Positions 51,201-59,610 of a stretch of DNA of 64,000 nt are shown one piece after another. Position numbers and translations under genes: made by a program. The stretch comes from an uncultured bacterium. GTDB taxonomy: Bacteria > Zixibacteria > MSB-5A5 > GN15 > FEB-12. The stretch's first letter is position 1. Each line of letters starts with the position of its first letter. The stretch spans positions 283,800 to 347,799 of the forward strand of contig CBDVDR010000001.1 in the NCBI GenBank assembly GCA_965372795.1, in the 5' to 3' direction. The notes under the pieces are model-generated. The model saw only the letters and a program-made list of their open reading frames with translations. It did no database searches and was not told the DNA's origin.

Positions 51201-51822
51201 CTGCAACTCCACTAAAGGTGTAAGCATCTATTTCATCATATAAAGCTACAGTATCATTCACCAATGTATCATAAGATATGGGTATTGCATTATCGATCAA
51301 ATGTTCACGACACTGCAAGCTTAACAAGTAAGTAAATATTTCATTCGCCTGAGTTTCAGAAATAAATAAATTATATGTTCCTGTCATTTCTAATTCTAAA
51401 TCAACAAATCTTACCTGCCCACCATTGCTTGCCGTAGCCGTTACAAAAAGAGAATAATCTGGATTATAAAGTTCTAGTGTTACTTCAGCAGAGCCACTTG
51501 GATCAACACGAAGTATGATCCTATCACCTGCTGTACCACTAAATGTAATTCTGTCAATATCACCAAAATTATCAATAGAATCCGTTATTAGAGTATCATA
51601 AGCTATTGTAATTGTTTGTGCGTTTCCTGACATTGGGATAGCCAGAACAGCGATTAAAACAAGCATAAATGCACCTGTCTTAATCCTAAATTGATCAAAT
51701 GTTTGCATAACTTCTCCCCTGGTTATATTATTTTTTGATTTGTGTGCTCTGGTATTAAGCCTAAATAATGGCATAAAAGACCTAACAGTCAAGCTATTAA
51801 AGGTTTTTTTGAACATAAACAT
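48289..51822 (-). CDS. Secreted multidomain protein: PPC-like repeats, BACON-like, cohesin-like, dockerin, FlgD/T9SS-type CTD (second start at 51708)
   Basis: Signal peptide after M39; ~121-aa repeats; CCVGPRGDVN...DISDLTY dockerin; NQNYPNPFNP...KKMLLLK. Confidence 0.82.
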   Translation of the reverse strand: MFMFKKTFNSLTVRSFMPLFRLNTRAHKSKNNITRGEVMQTFDQFRIKTGAFMLVLIAVLAIPMSGNAQTITIAYDTLITDSIDNFGDIDRITFSGTAGDRIILRVDPSGSAEVTLELYNPDYSLFVTATASNGGQVRFVDLELEMTGTYNLFISETQANEIFTYLLSLQCREHLIDNAIPISYDTLVNDTVALYDEIDAYTFSGVAGERILLRVEPAGTNTTFRCLLELYGPTDTLFISDYDNYTDVWGSYGGRQVNFIDYELPETGTYTIFIREGDGTPTSAYWLSLQCREHLMDNALPISYDTLVNDTVAISGEIDAYTFSGVAGERIILQVEPAGTNTKFRCMLELYGPSNTYLIYDYDDYTDVWGNYGGRQVNFIDYVLPETGDYTIFIREGDGTPTSAYWMSLQCREHIINNAMEVVYDFYYEDAITPFGAIDGYTFYGDSSDIITLRVEPAGTNTKFRCMLELYGPSDTLFIYDYDDYTDVWGDYGGRQVNFIDYVLPESGDYTIFIREGDGAPTSTFWMSLQCKFCLSKPYVYRQEKEYYFATCGFEVSNDTCIELQIINQETVNISLTIDGILIDPINYSWANDSLCFNYIKEGEYVFNIIAENLNGSDTSDYTINITQERPVELSDKYLLFNTTENSIYPIDSQVVYINSSCEDGILNWRSKIKSGFDWIQVDKLTGSNPDTLVISIVDSNYTAGIYSGVIEIYDFDGISESKYIYVSFFVEAGVDVGDEYTRPDQKVVIPVVISTNDSLKEFTIPLRYYTSQYENVILDSVIANSGISGLEIINVDDSTVIIRKVDDAFPYFCERSTEEPIIPCSTTTAKMYFTIAPEAYDELVVIDTVTVNYNAVDYSYQFVYPDSVVIPEFNPGSIIIGDGSCCVGPRGDVNGDNDNPLLPDISDLTYFIDWMFRAGPEPVCFEEADLNLDCILDISDLTFLIDFMFRDGPSLPYCSDLCIPKAYKQSGDVSINSYYGNNMTTLSIDSDFDLKGIQIELIGSSTEAPVKLADKNIEMFYHEQDGQTQIGLLDLQGSETIKAGSTNLVQLNGEYEIISAVVADMNHISVIPSIGEAMKQPTLPDVYSLNQNYPNPFNPVTQIEFALPNPGEVKLAVYNVIGQKVTTLIDGSMQAGYHSIEWDGVNSNGKQVSSGVYFYKIQAGDYSHSKKMLLLK
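50230..51320 (-). repeat. Three near-identical 363-bp intragenic repeats
   Basis: LQCREH/LQCK anchors recur at a 363-bp period with high nucleotide similarity. Confidence 0.85.
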
Positions 51823-51857
51823 TTTTTACACTCCTAGTTTTCTTTCATCTTTAAAAG

Positions 51858-51887
51858 ACTGGCGAAGGAGTACCCAAAACGTTTGTC
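51858..51887 (-). promoter_or_regulatory. Putative ECF promoter, copy 2
   Basis: GACAAACG-N15-CGCCAGT. Confidence 0.75.
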
Positions 51888-51955
51888 AGAAAATAGTAAT
51901 TATAAAAAAAGCCGTTTAGATTTCTCCAAACGGCTTTGTAGTTATTGAGCAGGCA

Positions 51956-54900
51956 TTACTTCAACAGCAACATCTTCTTGCTATGGCTGTAATCACCGGC
52001 ATGAATCTTATAGAAATAAACTCCGCTGGAAACTTGATTACCATTGGAATTAACACCATCCCATTCGATAGAATGATAACCGGCTTGCATCGAACCATCA
52101 ATAAGCGTGGTTACTTTTTGTCCGATGACATTATAAACCACAAGTTTCACCTCGCCCGGATTCGGCAAGGCAAACTCTATCTGTGTAACAGGATTAAACG
52201 GGTTCGGATAATTCTGGTTGAGCGAATATACATCCGGTAATGTTGGTTGTTTTAAGGCTTCACCAATTGATGGAATAACCGACTGATGATTTATGTCTGC
52301 AACAACTGCCGAGATAATTTCATACTCACCATTAAGTTGTACCAGATTGGTTGAACCGGCTTTGATAGTTTCTGATCCTTGAAGGTCAAGCAGACCGATC
52401 CGGGTTTGACCATCCTGTTCATGATAAAACATTTCGATATTTTTATCTGCAAGTTTTACCGGAGCTTCAGTTGATGAACCGATTAGTTCAATCTGGATTC
52501 CTTTCAAATCAAAATCAGAATCAATCGAAAGGGTTGTCATATTATTACCATAATAACTGTTGATTGTAACATCACCCGACTGCTTGTATGCTTTAAGCAC
52601 ACATTGCTCTATGCATGCCGGAGGAGGAGGACCCGCTCTAAACATGTAATCAATTATATAAGTTAAGTCGGAAATATCAATCACACAATCCAAAGTAAGG
52701 TCTGCTTCTTCAATACAGACAATTTCGGGACCTTGTTTGAACATATAATCTACAAGATAGGTTAAGTCTAATATGTTAATAATATCTTCAGAATCATTAT
52801 CAATATTTCCCCTCATCCCAACACAACATGCTTCACTTTCAATATAAATTCGTCCCAAATCAAAGGCTGGAACAACAGTTGTATAAATATCATTATTGCG
52901 ATAAGTGAATTGATAGCTGTAATCAGCTTTGAAACTTAAAGTCGTTGTATCAATTATGATAACTTCAGACACAGCATCCGGTGCAAATGTAAAGTACGCC
53001 GTTGCAACCTGATATGAATTTGAATCAGGAAGGATCGGTTCTTCGGTATCGCGATAGCAGATGAACGAAGTATCATCAATTATAATAATCGTACCTCCGA
53101 TATCCTGCATTGCTATAACAGAATCGAGGCTGACTTTATCAGGTTGGAAAGTGCTATACACTAATGGAATCGTAAATCTTGCCAGCGAGTCAATTGGGAC
53201 AATAACAATTGGAACTTCAATAGATGCCCCCGGCTTGGTGTATTGATCAACAATATCGGTACCATCGTTGATGAAGAAAGAAACTTGAACATAGGTCTGT
53301 GAGTTATCACCGGAAAGGTCATCAAAAACCAGAACTGCTGTATAAACACCCGGATTCAATATCCCCCGATCAACTGAAACCGTGATGTTATCAGGGGTAG
53401 TTCCTGAAATTTTATCAATGCTTAGCCAGGTTGAATTGTTGTTGTTGGAATAAAAAATATCGGTTAATTCCCAATCCAGTTCTGCTGCACTGCTTGTGAT
53501 TTGAATCTGTTGTGAAACGGGAGGGATAATCGCATCATCGGTTGTGGTGAATGTTAAGTAATCGGTATCAAAGTTCAGTTTTGGAACAATGTTACATCCA
53601 ACCCCCAGAGCACCTATCAAAACTCCACAACTATTATTAGCTTGTGCACAAATAGAAGAACCTTCAATATGAAAGTCACCTAAAGCAGTATCACAAAAAA
53701 GAGGGTCAAGAGAAAAGTTTCCATTCAGATTTTCAAAACCAGCGATACAATCAACCCAATCACCATTGGTGTTACCAAATATATCCGTACAATCAATTGT
53801 GATTGTTGAATTTTCATCTCCACAATTGATTGAACCATTGTCATTATCAGAACTAGTGTTAAAAGCAAGGATTGAATTGCTTATCTGTACTGTAGAATTT
53901 GTAAATACAGTAATAGCACCTCCATATGGAGCATCATTATTCACAATTGTACAGTTTAATAAAGACAGGTTAGATGTAACAGCAGTTATTGCACCCCCAT
54001 TATTTGCTGATATATTATTTTTAAAATAACATGAATTTAGCAAGGAAGATGCATTATTATCGAGAAGGCCTCCGCCACTGCTAATTGAAGCTTCATTTGA
54101 ATCAAAAGTACAATTTAATATCTGTGGAGAACTATTATTCCAACTAAATATTCCTCCACCTGCACCGGCGACATTACTGAAAAAATTGCAATTATCAATT
54201 ACAGGATTCGATAATGTTCGTATCGCAATACCACCTCCACGACCATTTATTAGGGTTGAATTAAAACTAAAATAACAATCGTAAATATAAGGTGAGGAGT
54301 TATCACAAAAGATTCCACCTCCATCAGTGCTACCACTTTTACAGTTAGTAATAGAAATGTTTCTAATCATAGGTGAAGAATTATTAGTACAAGATACTCC
54401 ACCTCCAGATTGTGAATATCCATTCACTATGTTTAAACCTATAAGCTGAGAAGTAGAATCTTCTCCATTTGAAAATATAAATCCTCGATGCATATCAAGC
54501 GAATCTGCCTGGCAGTCAATGTCTACTATTATTCCATCTACAGCTTTTACGACAATCGCTTTCCCAAGAAAATCTATATCACGATTACCATCGCCAGTAT
54601 ATGTACCTTCATGCACTAACACCGTATCACTAGCTGTAGCCATATCAATACCATGCTGGATAGTTGCGAACGGAGCAGCTTCGCTGCCGTCACCGCTTAT
54701 ATCATTACCGATTGTTGAGACATGGTATGTTGATCTATCTATAGCCCCGCATCCGACATCATAGGCACCTATCAGTGTATCACCATTTGCAGCCGGCGCA
54801 CAAGGAGAGTTGGCATCAAGTGAATAATTATCTATGGAAGTATCACAAAATAATGGTTTTGCTGTAAAGTTTCCACTGGTAAACTCTAAATCTGCAATAC

Positions 54901-57805
54901 AGCCAACCCAATTACCACCTGAATTACCATACACATCATTCTGGTAAAGATATGGGTTACTTGGAGGATCAGTTACCAAATCAGGAGCGATTATATAACA
55001 TTCAACTGATTTACCAAAATTATAGGCAATGATACAATCATACAAAGTAGGACTTGAACTTGAGCAAAACAGACCAGCGCCATCAACTCGTGCCCTATTT
55101 TTGACAATAGTACATCTTGATAAAGTTGGTTCTGCACCTGTGTTTAAGCCAATTCCACCACCATAGTAATCAGAATAGTTTTCTGTAATAAGACAATTTC
55201 TTAAACTGGCTCCGGAAGTGCCATGACTAAAAAAGATTGCTCCTCCACTCCAGTTCGCATCATTGTCTTTAAAAATACAATTAGAAATCCATGGTGAACC
55301 ATTTGAAATCAAAATTGCTCCACCTATGTTTGCATAGTTTTGTGAAAACCAGCAGTTAATTATTCTTGGGCTGGAATTTTCAATCCAAATACCACCACCA
55401 AAAGGATTCCCTCCTGGAGTATAACCACCAACAATATTAAAGCCGATTATCTTAGTTGATGAAGTTTCATTTGTATGAATATAAAATCCCCGGTGTGGAT
55501 TCGAGGCAGATCCTTCAATCTTTATCATGGTATTTTCTGGACCGTTTTCTGACATGACGATAAGTCTCTTGCCCAATAAATCTATATCACGATTGCCATC
55601 ACCGATATAAATTCCATCATGTACTAAAACCGTATCACCATCCGATGCTAAATCAATAGCATGTTGAATAGTTTCAAGCGGATCAGCTTCACTGCCGTCA
55701 CCGGTTTCTAAGCCATAGATTGACACATGCCAAACAGGACCTTCATAAATAGAAAAGTCTGTTTTGAGAACCATTAAAGAAGAACCATCAGCCAAATAAA
55801 CCAAGCTGTCTGATACGAAAACTCTACGTGCATGACCCGGAGTATCATAACTACCAACTAATTCAGGATTGGTCGGATCAGAAATACTAACAATTTGAAG
55901 ACCTTTATCTCCATTAGTTAAATATGCATGATCATTTGATATAAAAAAATGGGTTGTAAAACCCCCTGATGTATAATAACTACCAACATATGTAGGATTT
56001 ACAGGATCTGATACATTGATTATTCGAAGTCCACTATAACCATCAGCCACGTACAATAAAGTATCTAATACTACAATATCGAATGCATTATTCGGAGTAT
56101 CATAATTGCTAACAAATATAGGATTGGTCGGTTCAGAGACATTAATAATTTGAACTCCATTTGTTCCATCAGCTACATATGCTAAAGTATCAACTACAAA
56201 TACATTATATGCATATTTTATAATATCAGAACTACCTACATATACTGGTGTAGTAGGATCGGAAACATTTAGAATTACAAGACCATTCAACCCTGAGCCT
56301 ACATAAGCAAGTGTATCTGAAACAAAAACACCCATTGCATCACCTGAGTACTCTCCAACAAATTCTGGGTTGGTAGGATCAGATACATTAATTATCTTAA
56401 GTCCCCCTGATCCATCTGCAATATAAGCGAGACTATCTGATAAAAATACAACCTGTGCATAACGAGTATCATAATTGCCAACCATATAAGGACTGTTAAT
56501 ATCTGATATATTTACAATACTAAGTCCATTATTCCAATTGGCTACATAAGCTAAAGTATCTGAAACATAAATGCCAAGTGCCAGACTTGGAGTATCATAA
56601 TTGCCAATATAATCAGGGTTGACTGGTTCTGACACATTGAATAATTGAAAACCACCTGTACCAGCTACATAAACCAGTGTATCTGACACAAAAACATCAA
56701 GAGTTGCTCCCGGTGCATATAAACTGCTCACAAATTCAGGATTGGTGGGTTCAGATACATTGATTATTTTAACACCACTACTTCCATATGCAACATACGC
56801 CAATGTATCTGATACAAATACATCATAAGACCTACCTGTTGTATTATAACTACCAACAAATTCAGGATTGATAGGGTCTGAAACATTGATTATTTGAAGA
56901 CCACTATCGTAAGCTGCCACATAAGCTAATGTATCTGAAACAAAAACACTTCTTGCTGAACCAGGAATATCATAACTTCCAAGTAGGTATGGATTGATTG
57001 GGTCTGAAACGTTGATTATTTGAAGATCGCCACTATGACTATTTGCAAAATACACTAGTGTATCTAAGACAAAAACACTAAAAACTCTTTCAGCATAATT
57101 GCCAACAAATTCAGGATTGAAAGGATCTGAGATATCAATAATTTGAAGACCACCATAATCATCAGCGATAAACGCCAATGAATCTATTACAAAAACACTA
57201 TATGCCCAATCTGGAGTATTATAACTGCCTATAGTAATAGGATTAACAGGATCTAGAACATCAATGATTATAAGCCCTTCACTTCCATCCGCTAAATATA
57301 CAAAATCTCCTGATTTATCAATTCCCTCTCCAGTACCCTGTAAATACATATAACTTACACTGTCTGGATTTGTAGGATCTGAGACATCAAGGATCACTAA
57401 CCCATTAACATAAGCACAATAGGCATAATCGCCATCCACAACAACATCTTTAACATCAGACCACAAGCAACTGCTGACATATTCAACATTGAAGTCACTC
57501 TCGGCAAAGACATCTTTGGTAAAGTCGTATTTACTAAATGAGTCATCTCTTAATAGAAAATCCCGGGGGTCTTCCCCCATCATTGGAAATCTTTCCTGCG
57601 CCGGGCAGAAAGTGTTCAGCACTAAGATTAACATTATTGCTAAAACTGAAATAGACAGGGCTTTGCCTATTAAGGTTCTGTGGAATACCATGTTCCCTCC
57701 AAATAAAGTTAATAATTTTGTATGGTGTGCTCTAATCGTCCGTATCCAATATAGCATTTTTGACCTATATGTCAAGAATCCTGATTGTTTATCACATTTC
57801 ATCAT
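51956..57805 (-). CDS. Giant secreted protein: LVIVD-repeat propellers, two parallel beta-helix domains, BACON-like, cohesin-like, dockerin, FlgD/T9SS-type CTD (second start at 57691)
   Basis: About 13-14 V.V.DTLAYVA...GL.IINVSDP.NP repeats; two GDGSE..P..TIQH.ID domains with GGAI repeats; CCVGMRGNID dockerin; CTD. Confidence 0.85.
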   Translation of the reverse strand: MMKCDKQSGFLTYRSKMLYWIRTIRAHHTKLLTLFGGNMVFHRTLIGKALSISVLAIMLILVLNTFCPAQERFPMMGEDPRDFLLRDDSFSKYDFTKDVFAESDFNVEYVSSCLWSDVKDVVVDGDYAYCAYVNGLVILDVSDPTNPDSVSYMYLQGTGEGIDKSGDFVYLADGSEGLIIIDVLDPVNPITIGSYNTPDWAYSVFVIDSLAFIADDYGGLQIIDISDPFNPEFVGNYAERVFSVFVLDTLVYFANSHSGDLQIINVSDPINPYLLGSYDIPGSARSVFVSDTLAYVAAYDSGLQIINVSDPINPEFVGSYNTTGRSYDVFVSDTLAYVAYGSSGVKIINVSEPTNPEFVSSLYAPGATLDVFVSDTLVYVAGTGGFQLFNVSEPVNPDYIGNYDTPSLALGIYVSDTLAYVANWNNGLSIVNISDINSPYMVGNYDTRYAQVVFLSDSLAYIADGSGGLKIINVSDPTNPEFVGEYSGDAMGVFVSDTLAYVGSGLNGLVILNVSDPTTPVYVGSSDIIKYAYNVFVVDTLAYVADGTNGVQIINVSEPTNPIFVSNYDTPNNAFDIVVLDTLLYVADGYSGLRIINVSDPVNPTYVGSYYTSGGFTTHFFISNDHAYLTNGDKGLQIVSISDPTNPELVGSYDTPGHARRVFVSDSLVYLADGSSLMVLKTDFSIYEGPVWHVSIYGLETGDGSEADPLETIQHAIDLASDGDTVLVHDGIYIGDGNRDIDLLGKRLIVMSENGPENTMIKIEGSASNPHRGFYIHTNETSSTKIIGFNIVGGYTPGGNPFGGGIWIENSSPRIINCWFSQNYANIGGAILISNGSPWISNCIFKDNDANWSGGAIFFSHGTSGASLRNCLITENYSDYYGGGIGLNTGAEPTLSRCTIVKNRARVDGAGLFCSSSSPTLYDCIIAYNFGKSVECYIIAPDLVTDPPSNPYLYQNDVYGNSGGNWVGCIADLEFTSGNFTAKPLFCDTSIDNYSLDANSPCAPAANGDTLIGAYDVGCGAIDRSTYHVSTIGNDISGDGSEAAPFATIQHGIDMATASDTVLVHEGTYTGDGNRDIDFLGKAIVVKAVDGIIVDIDCQADSLDMHRGFIFSNGEDSTSQLIGLNIVNGYSQSGGGVSCTNNSSPMIRNISITNCKSGSTDGGGIFCDNSSPYIYDCYFSFNSTLINGRGGGIAIRTLSNPVIDNCNFFSNVAGAGGGIFSWNNSSPQILNCTFDSNEASISSGGGLLDNNASSLLNSCYFKNNISANNGGAITAVTSNLSLLNCTIVNNDAPYGGAITVFTNSTVQISNSILAFNTSSDNDNGSINCGDENSTITIDCTDIFGNTNGDWVDCIAGFENLNGNFSLDPLFCDTALGDFHIEGSSICAQANNSCGVLIGALGVGCNIVPKLNFDTDYLTFTTTDDAIIPPVSQQIQITSSAAELDWELTDIFYSNNNNSTWLSIDKISGTTPDNITVSVDRGILNPGVYTAVLVFDDLSGDNSQTYVQVSFFINDGTDIVDQYTKPGASIEVPIVIVPIDSLARFTIPLVYSTFQPDKVSLDSVIAMQDIGGTIIIIDDTSFICYRDTEEPILPDSNSYQVATAYFTFAPDAVSEVIIIDTTTLSFKADYSYQFTYRNNDIYTTVVPAFDLGRIYIESEACCVGMRGNIDNDSEDIINILDLTYLVDYMFKQGPEIVCIEEADLTLDCVIDISDLTYIIDYMFRAGPPPPACIEQCVLKAYKQSGDVTINSYYGNNMTTLSIDSDFDLKGIQIELIGSSTEAPVKLADKNIEMFYHEQDGQTRIGLLDLQGSETIKAGSTNLVQLNGEYEIISAVVADINHQSVIPSIGEALKQPTLPDVYSLNQNYPNPFNPVTQIEFALPNPGEVKLVVYNVIGQKVTTLIDGSMQAGYHSIEWDGVNSNGNQVSSGVYFYKIHAGDYSHSKKMLLLK

Positions 57806-57839
57806 AAATGCTCCTTAGTTTTGTTTACTTCTTTAAACT

Positions 57840-57869
57840 ACTGGCGAATGAGTACCCAAAACGTTTGCA
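57840..57869 (-). promoter_or_regulatory. Putative ECF promoter, copy 3
   Basis: TGCAAACG-N15-CGCCAGT. Confidence 0.75.
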
Positions 57870-57926
57870 AAAAAAAAGACGACAACCACTTTTGGTCATC
57901 GCCTTTGAGCACATCCCCCCCTCGTC

Positions 57927-58400
57927 TCAAAATCCGATTGTTATACCGGCTTTTATATTGATGCACTCCAGTAGATCAACATTTTTCTGTCTATTCAGCT
58001 TATTTGTAAAATCAGGAGCAATATCAAAATACAGACCCAAAGAAGGTGTTTCTTCCTTTTTTGTTAAAACAAAATCCGTCATAGTCGTTTCGGTTGATTC
58101 TTTTGAAAGTTCATCCCAAGACTCATCAGATTTTTCTTTATTTGAAGCATCTTCAACCTGTAACTCTTCCCCCTTGTCATCATCCCCTGCCAATTTTATA
58201 AAACCTATAATTATCCCTACACCAACCAAACCTATAGTGGTGTATAACATGAAGTCGGTCGCTTTATTTAATTTATTATCATAGTCAACATATTTATCGA
58301 TATCAGCAGCAAAGACAGATGATCCGGGAAGGATCACCTGTATTGCTAATGCTATAACGACGATTAAGGCAGTTGTTATATTTCTTGGTAACTTAAACAT
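57927..58400 (-). CDS. Small exported protein with an internal hydrophobic helix and a C-terminal beta-signal
   Basis: Signal peptide, KYVD, hydrophobic segment, acidic linker; ends IKAGITIGF. Confidence 0.7.
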   Translation of the reverse strand: MFKLPRNITTALIVVIALAIQVILPGSSVFAADIDKYVDYDNKLNKATDFMLYTTIGLVGVGIIIGFIKLAGDDDKGEELQVEDASNKEKSDESWDELSKESTETTMTDFVLTKKEETPSLGLYFDIAPDFTNKLNRQKNVDLLECINIKAGITIGF

Positions 58401-58412
58401 CGTTATATCCCC

Positions 58413-58892
58413 CTAAAATCCGAAAGTTACGCCGGCTTTTACGGTTAGATCCGAAAAGTCCAGAGTGTTGCTTTTAATTTGTGAAGATTCGCTCTGATCA
58501 ACATTCAGGAATAATGTCAAGCTTGGTTTGGAACCTTTGTCAAAAATTCCATCAGCAATAAATTTTGCTCCACTGCGACCTTCATCGTAACCCAAAAACT
58601 CATCATCTTCCTCAGCTTCTGTATCTTTGCCTGTTTCCTTTTGAGGGGTGACTTTGATCTGATCATCATCTTTTTTTGATTTCTGCATAAGTTTAAGTGT
58701 AACAGCACCAACCAATAGTGCTCCTACTGCAATCACGAGTCCGCTCGAAAATGGTGACGAATTCATTCCCGGAAGTTCACCTGAACGATCTACATATTTT
58801 GCCTGTGATGATGCCGGAACAAAAAACAGCTGAAATGCAAATACTAAGATCGCAATAGCTGTAACGGTTGATTTTGTTTTTTCTGTTTTCAT
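58413..58892 (-). CDS. Paralog of 57927-58400 (true start probably 58892)
   Basis: AAGGAG SD, signal peptide, KYVD, hydrophobic segment; ends VKAGVTFGF. Confidence 0.7.
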   Translation of the reverse strand: MKTEKTKSTVTAIAILVFAFQLFFVPASSQAKYVDRSGELPGMNSSPFSSGLVIAVGALLVGAVTLKLMQKSKKDDDQIKVTPQKETGKDTEAEEDDEFLGYDEGRSGAKFIADGIFDKGSKPSLTLFLNVDQSESSQIKSNTLDFSDLTVKAGVTFGF

Positions 58893-58942
58893 GACTTTCT
58901 CCTTCATGTTTGTGAAATTGTCTTTTTTGTTGTTCATGACTG

Positions 58943-58972
58943 ACAGGCGGAGCAAATCAAAAAACGTTTGCA
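58943..58972 (-). promoter_or_regulatory. Putative ECF promoter, copy 4
   Basis: TGCAAACG-N15-CGCCTGT. Confidence 0.75.
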
Positions 58973-58996
58973 AAAAAATTACCAAAAGACTATACT
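58968..58996 (+). promoter_or_regulatory. Sigma70 promoter giving a probable leaderless ECF mRNA
   Basis: TTGCAA-N17-TATACT, then 6 nt, then ATG at 59003; no SD. Confidence 0.6.
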
Positions 58997-59002
58997 TTCT
59001 TC

Positions 59003-59563
59003 ATGCTTCAGCAATTCAATGAATTTCAAACTGTTAGCGATTATTTATCGGGCAACAGGCAGGCTAATCAATTAATTGAAAAATATATTCAATCCGCTTT
59101 TAACAGCTGGAAAAGGAAATTTGGATTTGAGACCGATGATATTTTATCAGATATCAGGTATAAAATATTTCTCTCATTAAAAGAGAATAAATTCAGTTAT
59201 CAGTCAAAGCTCGAAACCTACATTAATAGGATAGTTAATCATACCTGTATCGATTATGTACGATTTAATAAGCGATTCACAGCTACAGAATTTGAAGAGC
59301 TCAATTTGACTTCAAAAGAGTTAAATCCGGAAGAACAGCTTGAAAAACGCCAATACGCAAAATTAGCTTTCCGTGTCCTGCGGCAACTCCCTAAAGAGTG
59401 TATCATGCTATGGCGTATGCACTTAAAAAAAGAGCTGAACTGCCGTGAAATTGGCGACATTTTAGGCAAAAAAGAAGGTAATATCAGACGTAGATTATGG
59501 GCTTGCCGGCAAGCCGCTAAAGAGATCAGAGAAAAATTATTAAAAAAGGACAAACTATTTTAA
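59003..59563 (+). CDS. ECF-family RNA polymerase sigma factor
   Basis: 186 aa; region 2 (DDIL...LETYINRIVNHTCIDYVR) and region 4 HTH (LP...REIGDILG....NIRRRL). Confidence 0.92.
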   Translation: MLQQFNEFQTVSDYLSGNRQANQLIEKYIQSAFNSWKRKFGFETDDILSDIRYKIFLSLKENKFSYQSKLETYINRIVNHTCIDYVRFNKRFTATEFEELNLTSKELNPEEQLEKRQYAKLAFRVLRQLPKECIMLWRMHLKKELNCREIGDILGKKEGNIRRRLWACRQAAKEIREKLLKKDKLF

Positions 59564-59578
59564 TGTTAGATCGCCAAT
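59549..59578 (+). promoter_or_regulatory. Putative ECF promoter, copy 5 (overlaps the sigma stop codon; faces anti-sigma and CHAT)
   Basis: GACAAACT-N15-CGCCAAT, same spacing as the other four copies. Confidence 0.6.
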
Positions 59579-59610
59579 CTATCATGAAAAGATAGATAAC
59601 GAAAGATAAG

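Noticed and set aside
50230..51320. Diversity-generating retroelement template/variable repeats
   Set aside because: These are in-frame tandem domains with largely synonymous differences; no reverse transcriptase is present.
57808..58284. 158-aa plus-strand ORF and the many other short antisense ORFs in the track
   Set aside because: They are shadows of well-supported genes on the opposite strand, without SDs or motifs.
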